Below, one piece after another: positions 1-14,579 of a stretch of DNA of 64,000 bases. How positions within the stretch are numbered: the first letter of the stretch is position 1; each line of letters begins with the position of its first letter. Position numbers and translations under genes: made by a program. Origin of the DNA: the human T2T-CHM13v2.0 reference genome, Homo sapiens. Location of the stretch: assembly GCF_009914755.1 (NCBI RefSeq), contig NC_060939.1; one strand, given 5' to 3'. The notes under the pieces were generated by a model, which saw nothing but the letters and a program-made list of their open reading frames with translations, was not told the DNA's origin and did no database searches.

Positions 1-245
1 CGTTCCATGGTGTAATGTAATGGTTAGGAGCCAGGGATCCGGAGACATCCCGGTTCAAAGCCTGTTCCCCTCTTTGAGAGAGCTTGGCCACATCTTTTTG
101 GGCCTGGGTGTCTTCAACTGCAAAGTGGGAATAATAATAATACCACCCTGCTAGGGTTGTTGTGAGGATTAAATGAGCTGATACATGTAAAAGAGCCCAA
201 CAATGCCTTCCATGCAGTAAGTACTCAGCGTTCGCTGTGGTGATT
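1..245 (+). mobile_element. MIR SINE with tRNA-like head
   Basis: TGGTGTAATG..TGGTTAG A-box, GGTTCAAAGCC B-box, and core agggttgttgtgaggattaaatgag. Confidence 0.8.
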
Positions 246-429
246 AATATTAAAGTGAGTGCTCAGTAAATATTTGTTGGGTAAATGTGTGCATTTTTCA
301 TTTTGTTTGCATTCAGGATAAAGTTGTGGGAAAATAAGATCTTCCTGATAGCCTCTGCCCGGTAACTGGCAGGAGGCGGAGATGGGGTGGAAGGTGGGCT
401 GAGAGTCTCCAGTAGTTAAAAAAAATAAG

Positions 430-1660
430 CGTTCGGAGAGGATGGGGCCTCAGGTCGTTACTGCGGTCTCCAGCAGGGGGAGCCCAGGTAGTCATCACTT
501 GCCGGCTCCAGACCTCAAGGAGGGAGGGAATTACCCTTGACCGAGCGCCTACTGTGTGCAGTGCCCCCGTCAGGCGCTGGGGGGCGCCGTGAAGTCAGGA
601 TGACTGGGAAGTGGGGGCTTGGAGAGGGCGCAGTGAGGTGCTTTTGAACCAACGCAGACCTACAGGGCCGACTTCCTGAGGGCGAATGTCGCTTTGCTGC
701 AGCGGGGCACGGGTTTGGTTCCCGGCGGGGCCTGGCCTGGGAAGCGCGGGGCTGAGGGCGATGCCCGGCCGCTATCCCGAGTCGGTGCGTGCCTATGCTG
801 CAGGAGGGCCACCAGGAGCTCTGCTTCTCCGCTGCACCCGGCTCGGAGCAGGCACTCAGTACAACTCACTTAGCGAAGTAAAGCTGCCTGGCGGGGACAC
901 TCCGGGCTGCAGGTGTGCGTACAAGGGGCCTCCTCATGGCAGTTTTGGGGTGGAAACAGTACCATCCCCCCGCACCCCACCCTTCCCCCATCCCTGCGGC
1001 TAGACCGGGAAGAGGTAAAGCCCGGAGACTCCACCTTGGCATGGGGCAGGGGTGCCACATGGGATCTGGCCTTGAACGGGACATTCCTCATTCTGCTTCC
1101 GGCAGCGCCAGGTTTTCTCGTCCACTACTCTGCGGTGGCGGGTCGGCAGCTGGAGGGACAGCTAATCTGGGGGCCCTGGTATGTGTTTATGTATATATGC
1201 ATGCATCTATGTATGTATGGAGTAGTTTTCATAGATATTTTCAAATATCAGAGCTCCCGACAGTTCATCATAGCAGCTAATTGGAAAAAGGAGTTGCACC
1301 TCGGCTCAAAAGATGCCAGAATCAGAAAGATATTGAGGAGCAAATGATTGGAGACGGTTTTACCTTCGCCCCAGAGCAGGCGGGTTTGGCCCTGTAGGTG
1401 AGAGCGAGATCTGAAGAGGGTGGGGCCGGGGGCACATGCGCTCGGTTCCCTGCTGGCCCAAGTGGTCCCGGAACAGTGGCTGAACCAGCGGATCTAGTGA
1501 GGGAGCTGGCAGTCCCGCCGCCCCTGCCCACTCCTGGCCCGCGGCGTTTGGCCTGGCAGGCTCAGGAGCTTGGCTTCTGCCCTCCCAGACACTCTGCTCC
1601 TAGAGAAGTTGGGTTGGAGTCGTCGAGCTCCACATTTCCAACTGTGTGAACTCGGCCAGA
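430..1660. promoter_or_regulatory. CpG-rich island-like region
   Basis: Visibly high GC and CpG density relative to the flanks; obs/exp not computed. Confidence 0.65.
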
Positions 1661-3579
1661 TCTTTTAACCTCTTGAACCCTTGGGAGCCAAAATACCAGC
1701 CCCTCAGTGGAGTGCGAGCAAGCGTCTTCAGGGAGACTGTAAACCTCTGTGGACGCCTGTCAAGACCGAGTGTTGAATGCCTTGCTGGATTTTTGTGTCG
1801 TTTAATCCTCATCTGAGGAGTCTTTCTCCCAGTTTTACGGATGGGGTAGTGGAAGTCTTGATGAAAGGGAGCAGATGCCCTTGTTCCTGGGGCAGCCAGC
1901 TAGAAGCCTCCTGTTGTTTCTCAGGCCCCTTTTAAAGTTCCTAAAATGGAGTGCTGGGACCCCAGGAGGGAGGAGAGGCACACAGGATAATTCTGGCTGA
2001 GAGCAGAGGTCTCCTTCACTTGGGGTCTTGATCTGAGGAACTGAAGTGGGAACCTGGTGAAGACAGGTCACCTTCAGGCCCTCACTTTTTGGGTGGCAGT
2101 ATATTTGCCCAGTCCCCATCGGAGGTTGCGGGGGTCTAGAAAGATACAGGATATGGGCTGGTTGTGGGAGGGGAAGTCTCCCTTAATTCTATGAAGTCTC
2201 CTCAGGTATCCCTTTTCCAGGAAGGGCATTCATATTTTATCAACAGAGGGCCAATTATGGGGCATTGACCAGAGGTTTACTTTTGTTTCAGTGACTCCCA
2301 ACAGCAGCTCCTTGGGAGGAGCTACTTCCCCCCATTTCACAGGGGCAGAACCTAAGGCCAGGAGCAGTGAAGTGAAAAGTGACTTACCCCAGGTCACATA
2401 ATGAGGGAGCAAAAAGAGAAGGGGATGGGATTTGATTCTAGGTCTGGTCTGGCCTTGCCTTCACACCAAAAACCTAGTCCTGGCATCCCCCCCCCGCCCG
2501 ACTTCTGCATCTGACTTATGATATCCCTTAGAGCGGGGTGGTTCTGAAGTTGGAGCCTGGCCCATTTAAGGGACATTTCCAGGACAAAGCTTGCCTAAGG
2601 ATCAAGCCCCCACCTAGTGCAGGGAGGCTAGGTGGGCACAGGGTGCCCATGTGTACCTGGGCAATGGCAGACATGGTGGGTTTAGCACTGTGGAGCAGAT
2701 GGCCATGACAGGGTGAGCTCCCACTGTGGTCTGGGGTATCCCTAAGGTCAAGGTCAGAGTCTTTGCTGCTCCCTTTCCCCTCTCATAGGGAAGCTGAGAG
2801 AAAGCTCCTCTTTGGGGTTCTGAAACCCAAAGGTCATTTCTGAGTGAGAAAGCTGAGACCCTTCCCATCTTCCCTGACCCTCCTGACAGCACCTTTAGGA
2901 GCCAGAATTGGCACAGCGAGGCTTCCCCAGGTGCAGACGCCAAGTGGCATCCCCCAACTCCTGGAAGAGGAATCCTGATGAGCTCCAGATTAAAAAATCA
3001 ATCCAGTTCAAAAGTGATCAGGGGAAACTAGATTCAGTTAGAGAGGACAGAGCTACGAGGGCCAGGAGTAGAGGGCAGGCCTCTCACTACCCCATCCTAG
3101 AGAAACTCTGCCATTGGAGGGAGAAAATCTGCACTGGGTCTGGAATGATTAAACTGTCCAGCTCTCAGAGAAGCAACTTAGTTCTTCGGAGCTTTGTTAG
3201 CAGAGACACAACAGAGCAGTGCAGACTACCAGGAGCTGCGCAGAAACGCCCCTTCCCCCAACCTACTGCACATCTGGCATCTTTTAAAATTTTCCAAAGT
3301 CGGGGAAATAAACTCCGGTGTCTGTCACAGACGCTATTTTCAGAGGGTTTGCTTTGGGTCTCCCCTTCCACTGGTGACCCCTAAAATCCATAAGGGTCTG
3401 GCTTGGCGGTGGCGGCATCGTTATCTCCATTATGAAGGGTAGCAAACACAAGTTTTCAGAGAAAGGGCATTTGCCTTTTTCTTCTAGCCACCAGCCTCTG
3501 AGACAGCGCTGGACCCCAAGACTCTGCAGGATTCGCCTCAGTGCAGAGGCTCTGGATTCTCTGGCTCTGAGGCGAGATG

Positions 3580-3605
3580 GGAGCTGTCCTCCCAGTGGTG
3601 CTGAA
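3580..3605 (-). promoter_or_regulatory. Non-canonical REST/NRSF RE1 site (7-bp spacer)
   Basis: Minus strand TTCAGCACC-ACTGGGA-GGACAGCTCC; both half-sites match consensus. Confidence 0.7.
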
Positions 3606-3769
3606 ACTCGGGCTGCCTCCGTTGGGGTCACCGACAGAGGCTCACTTGTTCAGGCACTTCCTGGGTCAGCCTTTCCGCCTCTGAGACGGGCTCTCCCATC
3701 TCAGATGGGAGATTCTGCCTGGAAGGGAAGTAGTCCACGCCATCATCATTCCCCGAAACCTTAATAGCC

Positions 3770-4700
3770 ACCTAACTGGATTCACCACTTCTCGTCTTGC
3801 CTCCTCAATTCATTCTCCACTCAGTACCCAGAGTGGTCTTTTCAAGAAGCAAATCTGATCCTATGTAAAGTACTCATATGGTTTTCCATATCATTCAGAA
3901 TAAAACTTAAACGTTCTTGCTAGAGCTAAGATACCCCTCCCCCTCAATGATCTAGCCCCTGTCTGCTTCTTCCACATTAATCGCCTATCAGGATGGTGGT
4001 GATGGGTTAGAACTGGCCTAATTCTGATATATTTTGAAGATAGAACTGCTTACATTTGCTGAGACATTAGAGGGGTGTGTAGGAGAGAAATAGTGGAGTC
4101 AAGGATGACCCTGGGGGTTTGAGGTTGAGCACCTGGAAGGATGGAGTTTCTGTTTCCTGAACTGGGAAAGACTGAAGGAGGAGCAGAGTTTTGGGGATGG
4201 GGAGCTGAGGCTGTTTCTGAACAAGTTAAGTTTGAGAGATCTACTAGATAGCCAAGGGAGATAGTCTACTAGGCAACTGGACATATAAACTTGGCATTCA
4301 GAGGAGAGGTCCTGGCTGGAGATATTAACCGGGGAGAGGTCAGCTTATGGGTCTTATCTAAAACCATGCAGATGAGATCACTAGAGAGTAAAAGTACAAA
4401 GAAGAAAAGTGTTCCAGGGGCTGAACACTGGAGTACTTTGATTTTAGAGGAAGAAATTGAAGAAAATCAGTAAAGGAAACTGAGACGGAGGGTCTTTGAA
4501 GAGGAAGAGAACAAAAAAAGTGATGTACTTGAGGCTGGGGGTTGGGGGCAGTGGAGGTGTCTTAAGAACAAAGGAGAGGTCAAAAGTATCCAATATGCTG
4601 ACAGGCCAAGAAAGATGAGGATTGACAATTGACCTTTCGATATGGCCTCACAGAGGTCCTTTCTGAGAAGTGGAAGTAGGGAGGGAATATTAGAGGGAGA
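3770..4700. mobile_element. L2 LINE fragments (about 3770-3970 plus; about 3990-4700 minus)
   Basis: L2-like motifs cagagtggtctttt..aaatctgatc and gtcaaggatgac..gagcacctggaaggatggag. Confidence 0.65.
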
Positions 4701-5441
4701 ACCAATAGAGAGTAGGAGGAAATGGTACCCAGGCAGGCTGAGGAAGAGAAAAATTATCTGGGAGCTAGTGGGGAGGCCACAGGGAAGGAAACCCAAGAGG
4801 TGGTGAAGCACTAAACAGTTTCAGCCAGGTAAGTGACTTGTTGACAGACCAGGTCCTCATTCTTCCACATGCTTCAAAAGTTCAGTTTAGAACCAATCTG
4901 GGCCATAGTAAGACACTCAGGGTACAAATGTTTAGGAGAGTTTTTCTTTTCTATTTCATTTCAGCTCAAATCCCTCCTGGCGAAGTGGTTTGACATTTAC
5001 CTTTCTGGGATCAGAACTTCGTAGCCTCTTGTCTTGACCAGGATGACATGTGATCTGCATGGGGCACCAGGGCACATGAGCTAGTTCAGTGAAGGGGTCC
5101 CATCAGAGCAGGCTTGGGCTGCGTATGTGCAGGCCACATGCCCAGACATGAGGCCCTCCAGGGCCTCCTCCCTTGCCTGGCTTGGTCTTGGGAACACCCT
5201 AGAAACCTCTTCTCACCTTATTTTTCAAGTCAAGAAAGATAATACCCCCAAACTCAGTCTGGCTCTGCTTGACTGGTCAGTTATGCAGATGGTAGCCCGC
5301 TTTCCTCTCAGAAACCCTGGCTCAGTGAGAGTCCCATGCTCCCCGACAGCCAGTGAGGACCTCTGTGGTCCTCGCACCACCCTGAGAGGCAGAGGCAGCC
5401 TTTCTCGCTTCGTGCCCACCTTCGGAACAATGGTCGCCAGT

Positions 5442-5455
5442 TCGCCATCTAGTGG
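5442..5455 (-). promoter_or_regulatory. CTCF motif
   Basis: CCACTAGATGGCGA on the minus strand. Confidence 0.55.
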
Positions 5456-7111
5456 GGGAGCACGATGCCCCCAATCTCATGCACCAAGGGCAGAGACAAG
5501 GACGAATCTTGCACTCTCAGGAGTCCTGGGGCCACAGAAGGGAGGCAGGTCAAGCACAGGAGATGGATTATCATGGGTTCCTTCTCTGTCTTGGTGGCCC
5601 CTCAGAGGCTGCACCGCACCCACTACCGATGTCATGGGGGAACTTCAGGGCTGGGCCATGTGCAACTCCCAGGCCCGGTGGCCTTGTGGGGAGTGGGCTG
5701 AGGGGGTTGGGAGAGTTGTTGGGGAGGTTGGGGTGTCCTGGGACTGCCAAGGGAGCTGCTGAGAGAGTGAGGCCTCTGAGCGACCCCTGCTGATCCATCC
5801 CCTGCACAAGCCACACCTCTCTGTGCAATACACTTAGGACTGCCCATGGTCCCATAAAACATTTATACGTGGGCTACAGACTAGCAACAAAAGTGTGATG
5901 TGAGCACTGATGGGGAACTCTGCTGCAGTGTGCCTTGGGCAAGTTACTGCCTATGTCTGGGTCCCAGTTTCCTCATTTGTCAAATGGAGGTACAAGAACA
6001 AATTGGAATCCAAGATCCTTTCCTGTCTCAAAAGCCCTGATTAGCCCCAGTTTGCCTCCTCTGGTACAAGTAAGTCTGGCACATCTACCGCTCAGGTATT
6101 TCTTTAGCTCTGAACAGAAGAATGCCTCCTCCTTCCCCAGCCCTGGTCTGAATGCTCACCCTTTTCTGTCCATCCTGGCCACCTCTTTCTCCCTGTCCCT
6201 GGAAAGGCTCTACAGAGGAAGTGGTGTTCTAACTAAATGGAGAAGAGATAAAATGGCATTCCCAGCATAGGCAAGGGTATATAGTCATGGAAGCCTGTGT
6301 GATTCAAAACATGCCCAGTGGCTTGGTATGGCTGGAATGAAGGGTGAGTGGGAAAGGAGTGGGGGCTTGACCCTGCAGAGCCTTATAATTCATGCTTATA
6401 AACTTGGAGCTCATGCTGAAAGTGATGGGGGAGCCATGAAGCAGTTCAATGTGGTCAGAAGTTGCAATTTAGACATATCACTCTGGGATGGTATAGAGAA
6501 GGACCTGAAGGTTTGTGGCAAAGCCTGAGGATCATCTCCCTTTCCCTTGGCTGCCCAAGATGAGGACTGCATTTCCAAACTCTCTTGGATCTGGGTGTGG
6601 ACATGTGATTAAGTCCTGGTCAATTGAATATAAGCAGAAATATCTTGTGTACCTTCCAGGGGGTGTTCCTGGAGGGAGGGGAATCACCCATTATCTTTCT
6701 TCTTTCTGGATGGAATGTGACTCAGTGGTGAGCACCTGGACCTCCTGATCTAGCCTGATCAGGTTGATGTAGGTGTGTTCAGTGGGCAAGGCCAGCACAA
6801 GTGCCTACCGTGTTTGGTCCACAGCTGTAACATGCTACCCAGTGTATTCTCCCACAGGTGTGCAAGCCTATTGCCTGTGTATTCTAAAACTGGCAGCAAT
6901 TGGGCCAGCTGTACTACTTTCTTTTCCTCTCATTCCTGTTAGCTGTCTTCTGGAGGAGTTCTTTCTGGGGGGGCATCTCCACGTTTGGACAGCAGGGATT
7001 GCTTATATCCACTTAGTAAAAATAATAACAGCTAATATTCACTAAACATTACTGTGGGCAGATACTATGCTCAGAACTTCACATGGATGATGACATTTAT
7101 TATCTCTCTAT

Positions 7112-7579
<468 letters not shown>

Positions 7580-7789
7580 TGAACAGAACTGATGAGGCTG
7601 TTCCTGCCCCTGACCCACCCTCAGCCCACTTTAATGACCCTCCCTGTTCCAGATGAGGAACCAGGCTCAGACTTGTGAAGTAAGTAGCCCAAGGTCATAC
7701 AGCTGGAAAGTAGTGGGTATGCAAGCAATTCCAGGTCTTTATCATGCTGCAGAAGAAGGAGGAGACCCTGTGAGCTTCATCTCCAGCAG

Positions 7790-8015
7790 AGGGACTACCA
7801 TAGTGACTCTGGAGCCAGATGCTCTGGGTTTAAATCCCAGCTCTGCCAATGACTGACTGAGTCTCTCTGTGCCTCAGTTTTCTCATCAGAAAACAAAACA
7901 AAAAAAGGACAATCATAGTGCATCCCTCCTAGAATTACTGTGATGATTAAATGAGATAATACAGAAAAAGTGCTTAGCATAACACTAGTATTGTTATTAC
8001 TTTATTATTATTACC
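7790..8015 (+). mobile_element. MIR
   Basis: gggtttaaatcccagctctgcc...gcctcagttttctcatc...gattaaatgag. Confidence 0.8.
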
Positions 8016-9006
8016 AGTGTCTGAGTCCCTCCCTGGCCATGCCAGAGAGAACAAGCAGGTAGAGAGGAAAAACAGAGCTGAGAATTTTCTGTCCCATCAC
8101 CTGTGCCAGAAGAGAGAGGACAGAGGACAGAGGAGGGGCCGCGTGACTGTCTGGGCTAGCGAGCAATTTGCTGGAGGAGCTCATTTGGTGACTCTGACGG
8201 AGTTAATTAAAGATGGCCACCAGGGGTCATTGCCATGGTGACAATTAGGCTGGGAAGGCGCCTCATTAAGGTGCGGTTTTAACAAGGCCAGTCGTTTTTA
8301 ACCTGACATCCACGTGAAAGAGGGATTTTTCAAGTTGCTTCCCTTTCTTCCTTTGTTGTATTTCAGATCCATTTCTAGACACTTCCTGTTGAACAAGACA
8401 GAGGAGAATTCCTGGGTTGAGTCCCCCTGAAAAATCAACAGGGCAACAGGTTTCTTCTCTGTGGTACTACTCTGGCATCTGAAAGGAGGCCTGGTTGGCA
8501 GAGGCTTGGAGAGGGAGGGGAGGGTTGAGGTCATGAGGTCAGAGGAGGAGGTGAGGAAAGGACTCATGTTGAATTTTATTCAACATGGAACTGGAGACCT
8601 TTTCTGGTCGGTGGCAGGGACAGTGTGGATGGCAGTGGGGTCGGGGGTAGTGTCAGGCCTGTTTCTCCCAAGTTGAAGGGAGGAGGAAGTCAGGAGGCTC
8701 AAGCCCTGTCTTAATTCAGAGCACTTTGAAAAGTATCTATTTTTTTCTTATTTCCATAATAATACACTTATTGAAAAAAATTAAAAATTTCACAAAAGCA
8801 TAAAAAGAGAATATCCCCTGCAGTGCACCCCTAAGATGGAATGACTACACATTTCCTGTGTGACAAGAAGCTGAGCACGGGCAACCAGGAGCTGGGTTTG
8901 GGGCAGGGGGAAGGGGGTAGGGGATGGGACACATGTACTTTTTCATTTATATTCTTGTCTACTGTTTGAATCTTTATCAGGAGAGTGTAAAATAAAACCA
9001 AGTTAA

Positions 9007-9360
<354 letters not shown>

Positions 9361-9614
9361 TGACTTTTTTTTGTTGTTGTTTTTGTTTTTAAAGCACATT
9401 GTAAAATATTCAAACTAAACAAAGGGTAGACAAGAAAGGTAAGTTTCTTAGGTGGGTCCCCCAGTCCCTTGGGGTGGGTTCCCCACCTCAGATGCAGTCA
9501 TTAATATTAGTTTATTTTGTGTCTGTCCAGAGATTTTCCACGTGTCCAAGCACACTGTGCAACAAAGTTAGCACACTGTTCACCCTGTTGTGCATCTTGT
9601 CCCCGGCTTTTGTT

Positions 9615-9855
9615 TTTAAGTTGGTCTCAAACTCCTGGGCTCAAGGGATCTTTTTGCCTCAGCCTCCCGAGTAGCTGGGACTATGTGTGCATGCCACTAC
9701 ATCTGGCTAATTAAAAAAAAAATCTTTTAAGGAGGTAGTGGGGTGAGGTCTTGCTATGTTGCCCAGGCTGGTCTTGAACTCCTGGCCTCAAGCAGTCCTC
9801 CTACCTCAGCCTCTGGAGTAGCTGGGATTACAGATGCAAGCCACTGTGGCTGGCT
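9615..9855 (-). mobile_element. Alu (AluJ-like, partial)
   Basis: ggtctcaaactcctgggctcaag...gctgggattacag. Confidence 0.8.
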
Positions 9856-10137
9856 TGCATCTTCCTTTTTTAAACTTCACATTCTATTTTAGGGTTGGTC
9901 CCATATCAGGATGTACACAGCTGTCTCATTCTTTTTTAACACATGGCAGGCTGCTGCCGCTGGGAGTCTTTGGATATGAACAAGAGGTGGTCTGGGCTTT
10001 TAAGGGGCTCACAGGGATGTACATCCTTTCATGCTCAGCATTTGGCACAGTGGTCAGCACACAGAAGCACTTGGTAAATGTTTATGGCTGAATGAGTAAG
10101 TAGCAAATAAAGAGGGAGGAGTTGGAGAGGTAAATAG

Positions 10138-10470
<333 letters not shown>

Positions 10471-10729
10471 TCATGAATGGTTTTGATGGCCATGCTGAAG
10501 GTTTGCATTTCCTCTGGTCAGGGATGAGGTCCCCTGAAGGCCCTCACATGGAGGCCAGCACAGTCAGACCTGCTGTCATGGAAAGGTCCTCTGGGAGCTC
10601 AGGTAGAATCAGGGTGACCACATAGATGACAACAAATCAAGTGTAGGAGGCTGTACACTGTCCTCATATGCAGTGTCTTCTCCTTTACTGGCCCTCCTGG
10701 CAGGAGGAGTATGCGCCCTATCTCTGGTG

Positions 10730-11050
10730 AAGGCAGGTATGGCCGTGTGACTTGTTTTGGCCAATCAAATGTGGGGAAGAGATATGTGACATTTTTCAGC
10801 AGAAGCCTTAATGGACAGTAAGTTTGGGGTTTGCTGTGCTCTCCTTCTGCTCCCAGGAATGGTGAGAGTACGGGTCAACATGGAACTCCCTGCAGCCTGC
10901 GTCCCGGAGTGACTTGGATGAGCAGAGGCTTCTTGCCCATCTTCAATGGGCATGTAAATAGGAGTGGGAATGAAACATAGTTGCTTCAAGTCATTGAGAT
11001 TTGGGGGGTTGCTGTCACCATAATACAGCCTACCCTGACTGATACACAGG
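10730..11050. mobile_element. MLT1-type MaLR LTR fragment
   Basis: tgtgacttgttttggccaat; cattgagatttggggggttgctgtcacc..agcctaccctgactgataca. Confidence 0.6.
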
Positions 11051-14000
11051 GAGCTGGACTGGGTAGTTCCCGCATGTCTTCCAGATGTGCGCAACAGGCC
11101 GGGATTCTGCCAGGCTGGATTTTCTGTGGCTCGGGTCCACTCTTGGTTTACACAGTGGATACTGAGCCTGAAGCTCTTATGGAGACCTAGATTCATAGCC
11201 TTTCTGCCCCACCCACTTTGAGCCCCATGAACATTTCTCAGAGGTGGAGAGAAGCCTATAGCAGGAAGAAAACTGCAGCTGCTACTGTCTCCTCTGAGGT
11301 CTGGCCTTTAAAGGTGGCCGTTAAAGGGTCAGAAACATGAATGGCCATGTTGGCATCACTGTAAGAGGAAGCTGTATCCATGCTCACCAAGATCCCTTTT
11401 TCTGAGGGAAACCGAGGTAGTAGTGCCATTTAACCCAAACCATTCATGCCATTGTACCTAACAGTTGGTTGCCACTGTTTTCCTCATAAGAACATTTACC
11501 TCACAGGGCTGGAGATGCAGAGGCAGGGTATCCTCGGATGCCATAGCATCAGGGCTCGGTGACATCACCAAAGATCCAGGTCCCCCACCTCTGTTCTCCA
11601 CATTGGCTTTATTCTCAGGAACATTTCCCTCATGAACACAAGATGGCTGCCAGTAGCCATCAGGCCCGTGTGGTTGCCTCCTTGTTCATGCCAAAGAGTG
11701 AAGATGCCAAAAATTGCTCCACCCAATCCACGAACCCATAGTCATCCCCGGGGGATTTCCATCTGCCGTCTGGCTCAGGCCAGCCATTCTCGATCCCATT
11801 AGGCTCAGGGTTCCCTTCTCATAACAAATATTACTATCCTGATGAAATCTGTAGAAGTAGGACCTACTTACACATGTAATTGCAAAAATAGCAATGCAAT
11901 GCCCTAACTCTAAAAGAAAAACAAAAGGAAATGTATAATTAATAAAATATATTTCAAGATACATGCTGAGGCAAAAGTATTCTAGAAAACATAATGAAAC
12001 AATCAGATGCTTTCACCTGCGCCTAAAAGCTCCATGAATGCGGTAGCAACAGATATGGGCAAATATAGGTGGGTTGTTTTGGTGACCAAAGCGCCACTGG
12101 TAACATTGCTACCAGTGACATGATTGTGTTGAGGTGGTAACTCTTGGGAAGATACCAGTGAAACAAAGCATAGGCCTCCTCAATGTGCACAGTGGCGGTT
12201 TGCTGCAGTATGCTTTCAATATATATGAAAGTCTTGCAAAAAAACCTTTCTATTAATATGTCACATGAGATTAGATTCTAGGCTCAGATTTTTCACCTAC
12301 ATTTCTGTCCAGTGGAACATTTGAAAGTCACGTGGGGCTCAGGCCAAAGTTTTGCTATGTGCAACTGTCAGGAATTCTAACCTCGATTCCTGCTCACCAA
12401 ATGCCCACAGTGCCCCCATCATTACCAATTATGTTCCACAAAAATTTAAACACCCTGTGGGATGCAGCTGCTCCTCTCAAAAACCTGTGGTCTTGTCCAA
12501 TCATGAATCCTTTGCTGGGCCTGCAATAGGGTGGCTGCCTGGGATTCTATTAGGAAGGAGAAAGAGGGAGTGGAGGTAGGGAGGTTGCCAAGTGTCCTCC
12601 CCAGGCCTCAAGCTCACCTGTTACTCATAGGATTCATGGTTCAGTCTAGAGTCCCTCTGTGGGACTGAAACATCTTAGAAGACTCACAGAAGGGCTCTCA
12701 GGAGGACGTTTGCTTAGGGGGTGTATGTGTGTGTGTATATATGTGCGTGTGTATGTGTGTGTGTTTTCCATTGAGCTGACTGGCATAGGGAATATTCATG
12801 CCTCTCAGTCAGAAAGAAAGAATAGACAGAGATGGTTCAGTTCTGGTTCTGTGCCTACCAGGAGAGAATAAGCTTCCTCCTCTCAACTTTTCCCAGGACA
12901 CTCACCCTCAAACATATCCAGCTCTTCCTGCAAAGCTCCTTTCCTGCTATTACCTCATTGGACCCTTGCCTCCTGTTGGGTTACTCATATTTTTTTAAAT
13001 TATTAACTTATAAGAACTCTTTACATATTATAGATATCATTCCTCTTTTACTTATGTTGTAGACATCTTCTTCCATTGGTCACTTTTCATTTACCTTCAT
13101 ATGAGGTATTTTTTGCTTCATGGAAGTTTTAAATTTTTATGTAATCAAGCCTGGGAATCCAGATGCCTTTGCATGCACCAGGATTGTGGGGCAGGGTGAG
13201 CTGGTGACGGAGGCCTGCTGTGGTGAGAGAATTGTGACACAGGAAGGCCAGCTCACAGGCTTGTGCCTTGAGACTTGGCAAATGTCCAGCAGCCTGGACA
13301 AGCCCTCCCCTCCACTCCTCTCCCCAGGAGGCACAGCCATTTGCAAGGCCTGGGATGTGGACTTTCTCCTAAATCCCACCAAATAACCCTCTGGAGTCAT
13401 GAATAGCTGGCAGTGCTGTCTGAGGAAGGCCAAGAGGTCCCTGAAGGTCCTCTCTTGGCTTCAGGACTGGGGTGTGCAGGGCATCAATGTGATCCAGTGG
13501 AGGCCACCAAGATCTGGAAGCCAGAGTTGACAGGATGAGTCTCAGTGCACCAACTAACTGGCTGTGTGGCCTTGGGGCAGTCCCTGCCCTGCTCTGGGCT
13601 CAGCTTCCTTTTCTGTCCAGGGAGTGGGCTTGACTATTGTGGTGTAGTTTCCACTCACTGATGCTATCCCACCACTGTTGCTCCACACACACACCCTTGA
13701 AAGAGCCCTGCTGTTGGGGGCTGCCCTCAACCTGGCCTGCTCAGACTCCTCACTTGGGGCAGGAGGGGGCTTTGGCATGAGGATATCTAAGAGTATCCAA
13801 GCCTCAGAAACTTGCTCCTGGTATGGGATGTGACTTCTGAGCCTCCCTGGTGCCTGGCTTCAGCCCTGGAAGTATAGAATGGAGGCAGGTCCTGGGGATC
13901 CCCCACTGGGCTTCCCTGCCGCAACATGTCAAACCTATCAAAATGCACTCACATTCTGCTCTGTGAATTATGTGACAATTGGCTGGTTGGCATGAGTTCC

Positions 14001-14579
14001 ATTCTGTAGACATCTAATTAAACATTTGTTCATTTGGATTTTGTAGTTTCCTTTTTAAAATCTGGGAGCAATACTTCTGTTTTTCATGCCCTTATATTTT
14101 TGTTGCCCCAGAAAAATCCATAAGCCAAGCCCTGTGCCTGTCATCACTGCTGGAGAGCCCAGCGGTGTGCTCACACCCCACCTCCCCACCAGGCCAGGTC
14201 TCCTCCAACTCCTCCCCAGGACCAATGCCCAGCTCTGAAGGTCTCCCTGCCTCCGCCTCTGTCTCTCCAGCTCATCTTACACAACACAGTTGAAATGATC
14301 TTAACTGACTTGTTTTTATTATAAAGACTTTACAAATTTTAATTTAATAGTTTTTGTTTCATGTATTTTTCAGAAAGTTGATCCATTTCCATAGCTCAAA
14401 ATGAACAAAATACACGGAGTGAAAGTTACCCCATCCCTGTGCCCAGCCACGAATCTCATTTTCTGAGGACACAAATGTCCCCCATTTTAAAATATCTTCC
14501 AGATATATCCTATGAACACTCACAATGTATGGTCTTTATTTTGCACCCTTCCTTCGTTTTTAAAACACAAATAATAGCA

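Noticed and set aside
1-70. tRNA-Gln gene
   Set aside because: Only the 5' part matches, there is no cloverleaf, and it continues into a MIR core
5127-5762. 211-aa ORF
   Set aside because: Non-ATG start, no recognisable motif, no exon structure; expected by chance at this GC content
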